From: Mobula hypostoma
Lineage: Eukaryota
Direction: 5' to 3'
Assembly: GCF_963921235.1 (NCBI RefSeq)
Contig: NC_086097.1
Coordinates: 145,516,001-145,580,000, forward strand
Length of the DNA stretch: 64,000 bases
Positions 1-10,732 of this stretch are shown in pieces. The notes beneath the pieces were generated by a model. The model did no database searches. It worked only from the letters and a program-made list of their open reading frames with translations, and had not been told where the DNA came from. Numbering within the stretch: the first letter of the stretch is position 1; each line of letters starts with the position of its first letter. A program made the position numbers and the translations under genes.

Positions 1-566
1 TTCAAACATCACACCGTTTTGTAAAAAAAAAGCTGAAAATGAAAAGAGGATGGCTTCTACAACAGGATAATGATCCTAAACACACCTCAAAATCCACAAT
101 GGACTACCTCAAGAGGTGCAAGCTGAAGGTTTTGCAAAGGCCCTCACAGTCCCCCGACCCCGACATCATTGAAAATCTGTGGATAGACCTCAAAAGAGAA
201 GTGCATGCAAGACGGCCCAAGAATCTCACAGAACTGGAAGCCTTTTGCAAGAAAGAATGGATGAAAATCTCCCAAACAAGAATTGAAAGACTCTTTGCTG
301 GCTACAGAAGGCGTTTCCAAGCTGTGATACTAAGTACTAAGTACCGACCATGCAGGGTGCCCAAACTTTTGCTTTGGGCCCTTTTCCTTTTTCGTTATTT
401 TGAAACTGTAAAAGATGGAAATAAAAAAGTAATCTTGTTTAAAATATTAAAGAAATGTGTCATATTTAACTTTATGCCTTTTGGAAATCAGGTCATCTTT
501 TACTCGTTTAGCTATTCACAGTAATAGAAATTTTGACCGGGGTGTCCAAACTTTTGCATGCCACTG
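1..566 (+). mobile_element. Tc1-family transposon, 3' part (transposase C-terminus and right TIR)
   Basis: ORF 39..524 carries QQDNDPKH...SPDPDIIENLW (DD34E catalytic tail). Ends ...cttttgcatgccactg followed by TA. Confidence 0.93.
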
Positions 567-804
567 TAAAGTCGAATGTCTTTTATCACAGTGTAATGCA
601 GTACTCTCAGCTGTTTACCATGCAGATGAACAACATCATGTGCTCATCTCTGCTGCACAGTAAATCTATTTGTACCAAAGCATGAGGGATTAACAAATAT
701 ATTGATCCTTTAAATTACCTAAAAGTAGTCTAATTTCCCCAATTTACTAAGGCTGTTGAGAAGTACAAATAGAGTAAATAGTCTTTTTCCCAGAGTGAGA
801 GTAT

Positions 805-1213
805 TACCAGTCCTTAGTGCAGGAGTGTAAAGACAGGGGATGGCAGGCATGGTTGTTCCCGGTGGAGATCGGCTGCAGAGGTTTCCCAGCCAAATCAGCA
901 TGGTGGTTGTTGTCAGATCTGGGCCTGGTCGAAAGGAGCAAAAAACAAGCAGCTCGTAGGATGGGGGAAGAGGCAGAACGAGCCTCTTGTTGGATTTGGA
1001 GTAGGCGAGAGGAGGGAAGCTGGAAGCCAGGAGCAGATGGGCAGTGACTTGGCCACCACTGCCGGCCCACCAACTGCAGAGTGTCGTGGTTAAGGGTCAA
1101 AACACTCTGTGATGGTTGGGCACCACCAGAGGACATCTGCTCCTGGCTGAAGGCTACGGTTACCTTATAAGGTAACTGGAGAATGCACCCTAACGGGTGT
1201 ATGTAACAAGACA
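805..1213 (+). mobile_element. 3' fragment of a Hero/R2-group (restriction-like endonuclease) non-LTR retrotransposon, inserted in an old CR1
   Basis: YQSLVQECKDRGWQAWLFPVEIGCRGFPAKSAWWLL...AERASCWIW resembles the Hero RLE C-terminus (PVEVGCRG motif). Followed by a hairpin-rich 3' UTR. Confidence 0.75.
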
Positions 1214-1996
1214 AGTAAAGGAGAAAAACTTAGCTTTAAGATGAAAGGGGGAATATTTAAAAGAGATTTATGAGGCAGTTTTTTTTTAAACAGTGGTAAA
1301 TGGCTGGAACATGCTGGGTAGTTACAATTTTTATTATGAAGTTTATGGAATTTCAAGATACTCATAATGATACACTTTACATGATTAAGAAAATTACGTG
1401 AAGGATATGAACAATGATTCTGGGGCAAATGAATTTACAATTTAAAGTTATTAGTAGACTACAGTACTAAGAATAGAAAGGAAAATCCAAATTTAGGTTC
1501 CTTACCGTAATTTTTTTTAGGTATCTGACTGATTCAAGGAGACTTGAATTTTTTTTCAGAGAAAGTCACTGGATTTTTTTCAGAGAAAGCTAACCAGTAA
1601 GTAATCTTTTGCAAAGAAATTGGAAGATCATAGTAATCCCTGGCTGAAGATCTGTTTGAGTATGACAACCATTTATTTTAATTATTAATGAAAGCACTTT
1701 TCTTAACTTTCTATCAATGAGTTCCAAAATATTTAGAATTTGTTAGTAGTTTTATGGGAGAGGTGCGAGAGAAACATTTTAAAATTTACTCAGCACAATC
1801 AACTTGTTTCAAAACTGTTATGGTTTAGACATATGCAAGTGTTTTCTCCCCCCTGAGAGCTCTATAGATTTTCCTTTTCTCCACATCTGTTATGTTTTTT
1901 TTTGAGGCAGTCACTTGTTGGTTGAGGATGACTTATTTTTACTTCAATTGAGAACATTGCTAACCTTCAAACAGCTACAGGTGGGATAGGAGGTAC

Positions 1997-3030
1997 TTGA
2001 TGGGAGTCAGTAAAGGCTCAGTGCTGGGACCCCAGTTGTTTACAATATATATTAATGACTTGGATGAGGGAATTAAATGCAGCATCTCCAAGTTTGCGGA
2101 TGACACGAAGCTGGGTGGCAGTGTTAGCTGTGAGGAGGATGCTAAGAGGATGCAGGGTGACTTGGATAGGTTGGGTGAGTGGGCACATTCATGGCGGATG
2201 CAATTTAATGTGGATAAATGTGAAGTTATCCACTTTGGTGGCAAAAGTAGGAAAACAGATTATTATCTGAATGGTGGCCGATTAGGAAAAGGAGAGGTGC
2301 AACGAGACCTGGGTGTCATTATACACCAGTCATTGAAAGTGGGCCATGCAGGTAGAGCAGGCGGTGAAAAAGGCGAATGGTATGCTGGCATTTATAGCGA
2401 GAGGATTCGAGTACAGGAGCAGGGACGTACTACTGCAGTTGTACAAGGCCTTGGTGAGACCACACCTGGAGTATTGTGTGCAGTTTTGGTCCCCTAATCT
2501 GAGGAAAGACATCCTTGCCATAGAGGGAGTACAAAGAAGGTTCACCAGATTGATTTCTGGAATGGCAGGACTTTCATATGAAGAAAGACTGGATGAACTA
2601 GGCTTGTACTCGTTGGAATTTAGAAGATTGAGGGGGGATCTGATTGAAACATATAAAATCCTAAAGGGATTGGACAGGCTAGATGCAGGAAGATTGTTCC
2701 CGATGTTGGGGAAGTCCAGAACAAGGTGTCACAGTTTGAGGATAAAGGGGAAGCCTTTTAGGACTGAGATGAGGAAAAACTTCTTCACACAGAGAGTGGT
2801 GAATCTGTGGAATTCTCTGCCACAGGAAACAGTTGAGGCCAGTTCATTGGCTATATTTAGGAGGAATTTAGATATGGCCCTTGTGGCTACGGGGATCAGG
2901 GGGTATGGAGGGAAGGCTGGGGCGGGGTTCTGAGTTGGATGATCAGCCATGATCATAATAAATGGCGGTGCAGGCTCGAAGGGCCGAATGGCCTACTCCT
3001 GCACCTATTTTCTATGTTTCTGTGTTTCTC
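1997..3030 (+). mobile_element. CR1 LINE, 5'-truncated (RT C-terminus and 3' UTR)
   Basis: GSVLGPQLF, SKFADDTKL and LVRPHLEYCVQFWSP motifs; one frameshift near 2345; tctatgtttc-type tail. Confidence 0.93.
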
Positions 3031-3251
3031 AGTCTTTTGGAGTTGGTGACACCATCTTGGATACTTCTGGTTGATTTTTCTTGATTATGGGCTAAGAATT
3101 CCCTTGTTTCTAGGAATAGTTAAAAATCAAAGTAATTACAAATCCAGGAAATACTCAGCAGGCCAGGTCGTATCCAAAGGGAAGGTGGGGGGGGGGCATC
3201 ATTTGACATTGGAGACCCTTCTTCAGAATGGAAAGGAAAACAAAAGAATCT

Positions 3252-3450
3252 CTTGGCTCCATCCCTCCCCCTCCTGTCTTCTCCTATCATTTCGGATCTC
3301 CCCCTCCCCCTCCCACTTTCAAACCTCTTACTAGCTCTTCTTTCAGTTAGTCATGACGAAGGGTCTCGGCCCGAAACGTCGACTGTACCTCTTCCTAGAG
3401 ATGCTGCCTGGCCTGCTGTGTTCACCAGCAACTTTTATGTGTGTTGCTTG
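3252..3450 (+). mobile_element. Penelope-like terminal-repeat (pLTR) fragment
   Basis: Homologous to the termini of the GIY-YIG-bearing copies at 18299-19500 and 50540-51480. Confidence 0.75.
3348..3385 (+). ncRNA. Minimal type I hammerhead ribozyme motif, best-preserved copy (C3 replaced by A)
   Basis: tagtc-ATGACGA-a-gggt(ctcg)gccc-GAAA-cgtc-gactg: stem I agtc/gact, core (C)UGANGA, stem II, GAAA, minimal stem III and a GUC triplet. Confidence 0.6.
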
Positions 3451-3621
3451 CAAAGGTGATTGAGTAAAACCAGAGTGACTACGGGGATAAGCTGTAAACA
3501 AGGTTATCCAATAAGTGAATGAATCGAATCAGTTGGAGGGTGAGAACATTTGCAAATGAGCCTAGGTAAAAGAATGTGGGAGTTGTAAAATGCAGAGCAG
3601 GATTGTCCCAGCAGGCCAGGC

Positions 3622-3935
3622 TTGGTAATAGCATAGCAGCTAGCGTAATGCTGTTACAGCACCAGCGACCAATGTTCAGTTCCACTGCTGTCTGCAAGGA
3701 GTTTGTGCGTTCTCCCTGTGACTGTGTGGGTTTCCTCCAGGTATTCCAGTTTCTTCCCGCATTCCAAAGACATACAGGTTAGTATGTCGTGGGCACGCAA
3801 TATTGGCCCTGGAAGCCTGGTGATTGTTGTGGGCCGTCCCCTGCACAACCTCAAACTGCATTGAGCATTGACGCAAATGACACGTTTTACTGTATGTTTT
3901 GATGTACATTTGACAAATAAAGCCAATCTTAATCT
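3622..3935 (+). mobile_element. tRNA-derived V-SINE-like element
   Basis: Decayed A/B boxes; central ggagtttgtgcgttctccctgtgactgtgtgggtttcctcc...ccaaagac domain; aataaagc-aatctt tail. Confidence 0.75.
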
Positions 3936-5204
3936 TACTAAATTACTTTGCCATACTTATCCATGGTAAATTGGCAACTAAAGATGACTGTCCATCATTG
4001 AGTGTGATTTCTGGTTTCCATAAAATTTCATTCTGGAAGTCCCAACCCTTATTTTGAGGAAAAAATTCTTCTCATCTAGAGCAATTTCTTACAAACTCAA
4101 CTAATTTTGAATTGTTTTGTAGTTACTCTCTTATTTGTAATTCTTAATCTCCATTGAACAATTTGGTATCTGAAGCAAATTGTCATATGACTTTGAATTT
4201 AGACCATATTTCTTAGTTTCTCCATTGTGAAATTTTGTTTTACTTGTGATAATTGTCATGGCCATGTTTATACTGCCTAATCTCAACTGATGGTGCCATT
4301 GGAATTTGTTATTAGGAGAACCATTTTTATCACTATCTGTTGTTACCTTTCTATAATTGATTTTTATTTCTTGGTTGCATAAATTCTGATACACTGTATC
4401 AGTTAAGTTTCTTGTGTTTTGCTTTGCTAATACATCCAGCAAGCATTTTGTTCATAATGAGCCTTGAGTTGTATTTTGTTAACAATAGAAAACAGACTTT
4501 ATTTACAAGAGGGTGGTAATTTAATTGTTTCTTTTGCCCTGGAATTTCAATTTAGCAGGCCTTTTACAATCAATCATCCTTCTAAATTTAAGCAGATGCA
4601 AACTCAGCCTATCTAGCATTTCCTCATAAAATAATCCACCATTTCCAGGGGATGAGAGACTTCACTCATAGAAAGTAAAGCTCAAGTTTTTTTAATGTGG
4701 TAAGACAGGGAGGCCTCCAGTATCCCTGACTACGACAACTGCAAGAAGTGCATCCAGCTGCAGCTTCTAACAAATGACTTTAAGGGGTTGGAGCTGGAAC
4801 TGGATAAACTCCAGGTCATTTGGGAGACTGAAGGGGTGATAGGTCATATAAAGTGGTAGTTATACCCAAGGTACAGGACACAGGAAACTGGGAAAGGGGA
4901 AGGGGGTTAAAGAGCCAGTGCAGAGTACCTCTGTGGCCCCCTCAACAAGTATATCACTTTGGATACTGTGGGGGGGGGGGGAGTAGAGTGACCTAACAGA
5001 TGTTGGGTCTCTGGCACTGAGTCTGCCCTGTGACTCAGACGGGAAGGGGGAAAGAAGAGGCATATTGTGGTGATAGGGGATTCATTAATTAGGGAAATGG
5101 ACAGGAGGTTCTGTTGGTGAAAATGAGATTCCCAGATGGTATGTTGCCTCCCGGGTGGCAGGGTCTGGGATATCTTGGAGCAAGTCCTTTTAAGTGGGAG
5201 GGTG

Positions 5205-5870
5205 TGTAAAAGTAACTTTGCTGGATCAAATAACGACAGCACAAAAAGATCGTTACTTATCTTTTCACCCATTTATTTCTTCGAGCTCAGCCAGCGAGTG
5301 AACTTGGACCCAACATCAGGGAGAGAATCTTTCTCATCTCCGCGGCGGTTCTACAAGTTCACTGCCTGATGTCAGAATTGTCAGGAGTTATAAGGCCACC
5401 GATACAAAAGAAGAATCAATTTGATAACCATTCCGGCCAAGTCAATGGACTATTGATACAAAGAGCAATCAGTTCGATAACCATTCCGGCCAAGTCAATG
5501 GACTATTGATACAAAATTACAATCAATTTGTTAGACACTCCAGCCACCTTAATTAAAGAAAAGAATGTCCTACCTGGTTTGCTGGAGCCACAACTTAATT
5601 GCAAAGATAAGAACATCCGTCAAATTTATGTTTTAAATAAAAAGGAATGTTCTGTCTAATTTCTGTCAGGTACTGCTTTTTGTCAAAATCAAAAGGTGTG
5701 AAAAGCCCAGAGATATCTTATGTGGATCTGGGTGAACTTTAACCCTTATCTTGCTCCAAAGAAGGCAGCTGTGGGACATTATTCAAACACACTGCAGTCA
5801 CAGACTTAGTCAGTACTTAATCCATTGTTTACAGGAATCTTGAGAATCCCCTAATCCTTAAATTTTATCA
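5205..5870 (-). mobile_element. Solo LTR (666 bp) inserted in CR1 ORF1
   Basis: TG...CA termini; GGTG 4-bp TSD at 5201-5204 and 5871-5874; on the minus strand a tandem of about 54 bp, then a TATA-like box near 5390 and AATAAA near 5275. Confidence 0.8.
5401..5530. repeat. Tandem repeat of about 54 bp (about 2.4 copies) inside the solo LTR
   Basis: gataaccattccggccaagtcaatggactattgatacaaa occurs twice. Confidence 0.9.
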
Positions 5871-6269
5871 GGTGAACAGTTAGAAGTCATGGTCCATGTA
5901 GATAGCAATGACATAGGTGGGACAAGTGACAAGGTTCTGCACAAAGAGTTCAGGGAGTTGCTTGCTAAGTTAAAGGGCAGGATCTCAGGGTTGTGATCTC
6001 AGGATTGCTGCCCATCCCACATGCTAGTGAGGCTAGAACTAGAAAGATTATACAGTTTAATACATGGCTCAGGAGTTGGTGTAGGAGGGAGGGCATAAGA
6101 TTTTTGGATCGTTGGTCTCTCTTCCAGGGAGGATGGGATCTGTACAGAAGGGACAGTTTGCTCTTGAACTGGAGGGGGATTAATATCCTAGTGGGAAGGT
6201 TCGTTAATTCTGCATGGTGGGGTTTAAACTAGAGTTGCAGGGGGATGGGAATCAGTGCCAGAACACTTA

Positions 6270-6996
6270 AGGCTGATTTATACTTGTGCGTACTAGCTTA
6301 CGCCGTAGCCTACACAAGTGGGCTACGCCGTTGTGAGCATTTATACTTGTGCGTTGGTGTGCCTGCGTCGCTCTGCAATTCACCGCCAAAACGCTAGTTG
6401 GCGGTGGGGTTTCTATGCCACTGTGTTGAGTTTCTTCGTGTTGAAACTCAACACGAAAAAACTCAAACTTCAAACAATGGCAACTGAAACTGAAGGAGGA
6501 TGAATTTTCTGTGCTTGTCCGACCACTGAGAGACATGGACGAGGAAATGCATTTCAAATATTTTCAGATGTTGGCAGGTAGATTTGACGATTTGGTTCGT
6601 CGTCTGCAACCATTTATTTTGCATCAGTGTACGCACTGTATACTCGGAGACTGGCAATCACCATTTGAGTTTTAGCTTCAGGTGGAAGTCAACAGCTTCA
6701 GGTGGCTACAAACTGGCGTCAAGCACAGAGTCCTCCCTAATTTTGGAGGTCTGTAAAGCTTTATGGAAAGCATTGCAGCCAGAGTTCCTTCCCTACCCTT
6801 CAGTAGCCCAATGGGAAGCTATTGCAGCATAGGAGGAAATGCGATGCTACCAAGTGGACCAATCACAGTTGTTGCAGTCTGCATCGCCGCGACACGTAGT
6901 TACATTTTTGGGGAGGTGCGCGTCAGGCTACGGCGTACAGTACGTAGCTACGCTGTAGCCACGGCGTCGATTTGACACACAAGTATAAATTGTCCT
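6270..6996 (+). mobile_element. PIF/Harbinger internally deleted element
   Basis: TIRs aggctgatttatacttgtg and cacaagtataaattgtcct; TTA TSD on both sides; transposase N-terminal remnant ([11 protein letters not shown]...[25 protein letters not shown]). Confidence 0.85.
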
Positions 6997-9154
6997 TTAG
7001 TAGAGAGGTCGTAGAGGCAGATGTTGGTAAGACCTTACACAAAGTTAGGAATCAAAAGGTTGAGCATGGTGCGACAAAATTGAAAAGGGAAATTACAGGA
7101 CTGAAGGTGGTGTATCTGAATGTGCGCAGTATACGAAATAAAGTAGATAAACTTGCAGCACAGCTGCAGATTGGCAGGTATGATATTGTAGGCATCACTG
7201 AATCATGACCGAAAGATTGTAGCTGGGATCTTAACGTCCAAAGATACACATTGTATCAAACAGATAGGCAGCAAGGCAGAGGACGCGGTGTTGCTCTGTT
7301 GGTAAAAATCATTAGAAAGAGGTGTGGATAGAGCTAAGGTAAAAAGACCCTGACGGGCGTTACATACAGACCCCCAAACAGTAGTAAGGATGTCGCCTAC
7401 AAATTAATACGGGAGATAGAAAATGCATGCCAAAAGGACAATGTTACAATAGTCATAGGCGTCTTCAATTTGCAGGTAGATCGGAAAATCAGGTTGGTGC
7501 TGGATTACAGGAGGGGGGGATTTCCAGAGTGCCAATGAGATGGCTTTTTAGGGCAGCTAGTGGTTGAGCCCACTGGAGGATCAGCTATTCTGGATTGGGT
7601 GTTGCATAGTAAACTGGAATTGATCAACGAGCTTAAGGTAAAAGAACTTTTAGGGGAAAAACTGATCATAATATGATCAAATTCACCCTGAAATTTGAGA
7701 AGGAGAAGCTAAATTCGGATGTATCAGTATTACATTGGAGTAAAGGGAATTATAGAGGCATGAGAGAGGAGCTGGCCAGAATTGATTAGAAAAGAACATG
7801 AGCGGGGATGACGGCAGAGCTGCAATGGCTGGAATTTCTGGAAGCAATTCGGAAGGCACAGGATATATACAATCCAAAGAGGAGGAAGTATTCTAAAGGG
7901 AAGATGAGACAACCATGGCTAACAAGTTAAGTAAAAACCAAAGAGAGGGCATATAATAGAGTACAAATTAGTGGGATTTTAGAGGATTGGGAAGCTATTA
8001 AAAACCAACAGAAGGCAACTAAAAAAAAATCGAGAATATAAAGATTGAATACAAAAGTAAGCTAGCCAATAATATTAAAGAGGATACCAAAAATTTCTTC
8101 AGTTACGTAAAATGTGAAGGAGAGGTAAGAGTGGATATTGGACCACTGGGAATTGATACTGGAGAGGTAGTAATGGGGAACAATGAAATAGCAGATGAAC
8201 TGAATAAGTATTTTGTATCAGTTGTCACTGTGGAAGACACTAGCAGTATGGTGGAAGTTCCAGGTGTCAGTGGACACGAAGTGTGTGACGTTACCATAAA
8301 TAGAGAGAAAGTACTTGGGAAACTCAAGGTAGGTAAGTCACCTGGGCTAAATGGTGTACACCCCAGAGTTCTGAAAGTAGTGGTTGACGAGATTGTGGAG
8401 GAATTAACAATCGTCTTCCAAGAATCACTAGATTCTGCTATGGTTCCGGAAGACTGGAAAATTGCAAATATCACCCCACTCTTCAAGAAGGGAGAGAGGC
8501 AGAAGAAAGGAAACTATAGGCCATTTTGTCTGACCTCAGCGGTTGGGAAGATGTTGGAGTCAATTATTCAGGATGAGGTCTCAGGGTACTTGGAGCCACA
8601 TGATAAAATAGGCTGTACTCAGTGTGGTTTCCTCAAGGGAAAATCTTGCCTGACAAATCTGTTGGAATTCTTTGAAGAAATAGCAAGCAGGATAGACAAT
8701 GGAGAATCGGTTAATATTGTATACTTGGATTTTCATAAGGCTTTTGACAAGGTGTCACACATTAGGCTGCTTACAAGCTGCGAGCCCATGGTATTGCAAG
8801 AAAAATTCTAGCATGGATAAAGCATTGGCTGATTGGCAGGAGGCAACGAATGGGAATGAAGTGAACCTTTTCTGTTTGGCTGCCAGTGACTAGTCGTGTT
8901 CCACACGGGTCAGTTGGGGCCAGTTCTTTTTATGTTATATATCAATGATTTGGATGATTGAGTTTGATGGCTTTGTTGCAAAGTTTGTAGACAACATGAA
9001 GATAAGTGGAGGGGCATGTAGCTTTGAAGAAGTAGAGAGAGGCTACAGAAGGATTTAGACAGATTAGAGAATGGACAAAGAAATGACAGATGGAATACAG
9101 TTTTGGGAAGTGTATGGTTATGCACTTTCGTAGAAGAATTGAAAGGATTAACTA

Positions 9155-10732
9155 CAGGTTTCCCCCACCATCCAAAGGTAGACCGTTCCTATGAAACGGT
9201 TCGTAAGCCAAAATGTCGTAAAGTGAAGAAGCAATTACCATTTATTTATATGGGAAAATTTTGTAGGCGTTCACAGACCCAAAAAAACCTACCAAATCAT
9301 GCCAAATAACACATAAAACCTAAAATAACAGTAACATATAGTAAAAGCAGGAATGATATGATAAATACACAGCCTATATAAAGTAGAAATACTTTTCCAC
9401 AATCATTGCCTGAACTGTTCTCCGTAGTGAAAATCTCAGGCAAGCACTCTTCGCAGAAACACGGCACAAGCGCTCTCCAGTAACCTTGAAGCTATGAAGC
9501 TGCCAAATCATACCAAATAACACGTACTAATATACAGCCGATATAAAGTAGAAATAATGTATGTACAGTGTAGTATCACTTACCGTAATTGGAACAGCGC
9601 TGAGCACACTGATGGTGTGTTAGACTGAGTTGTCGGAGTTTGGGTGGTGCAGTGGCCCCCACCCTCCGGGCAGCGACCCAATACTGATCTGCAAAGGGTG
9701 CAGGGGTACAGTGGTAGCCGGGAGGCACCCAGCACATCTTTAAGAAAAAAGCCGAAATAAACATGCTAATTAATTAGGTGCCACCCGGCACGTAATTGTC
9801 GGCTCAGATCAGAGGCAGTTGCCGAATGCATCGCCTCTGATCTGGGTCAACAATTACGTGCCAGGCGGCACCTAATTAATTAGCATGTTTATTTCGGCTT
9901 TTTTATTAAAGATGCGCTGTGTGCCTCCCGGCTACCGCTGCATTCTCCGCGAATCGGTATCTGTCCGCGGCCTGGGGGTTGGGGTGGTGAGACATTGGAG
10001 TGTCATCTCATCGTCGTCTGTTTCCATTAGGACAGGCAGCTCATCTTCTGCCTGCCTCGATGTCGAAGGTGGAGGTTCATCGGCTGATGTGGAAGGCTTG
10101 AAAAACGACAGTACAGTATGCTTGACTGCTGAGCCTCGCGCATTTTTCGATCATACAGTTCTTTGTAAGGACTCAAACCATCTTACAAATATGCCGTAAA
10201 CCGACGTACCCTTTCAAAATTGAAGTCGTACTTTATCATTACTCATTCAGTTTCGATTGTTATCCTTTCCTCTTGCAATTGCATCAGCTCTTCATCTATC
10301 ATCAGTTCTTGGTCATGCAATGCCAAAACCTCTTCAACATCATTTTCGTCGACTTCCACAAGCCAAACTCAAGTTGTCCTTACTTCGTTCACCACGATCG
10401 AAACGCTTAATTATGTCTAGTTTTATGCTATGTGTAACATCCTTGCGAGCTCTTTCAGGCTTTTCCGATACCTTAGAAGTCATCTTGCAAACGGCTGCTC
10501 ACAGGCACGTGTTTAAGCAATGCTGGCTAGAATGCCGTTCCGAATCCGGGGGACAGCGGCTGCTCAGGGTGCGCGCTGCCTTTTTTTAATCGCGCACTGA
10601 TTTTTTTTTCGTGCGCAGCCTTTTTTCATAACAGTGAAAACACCTTCTGTTAGCAAAAACAGGGAACTAATGTAGGTCTTTCGTAACAGTGAGGTTTCGT
10701 AATGCGAACGTTCGAAAAGCAGGGGGCACCTG
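9155..10732 (-). mobile_element. Tigger/pogo-like DNA transposon (non-autonomous) inserted in CR1 RT
   Basis: Termini caggtttccccc and gggggcacctg flanked by TA; removal restores CR1 actattttctaaatgg; acidic transposase C-terminal remnant on the minus strand. Confidence 0.82.
9709..9940. repeat. Long inverted repeat (arms of about 110 bp) inside the Tigger-like element
   Basis: aaagccgaaataaacatgctaattaattaggtgcc pairs with ggcacctaattaattagcatgtttatttcggcttt; cagtggtagccgggaggcac pairs with gtgcctcccggctaccgctg. Confidence 0.9.

Noticed and set aside
5401..5530. Repeat-spacer-like pattern suggestive of CRISPR
   Set aside because: Only about two units, the intervening sequences are homologous, it lies in a solo LTR, the context is eukaryotic and there are no cas genes.
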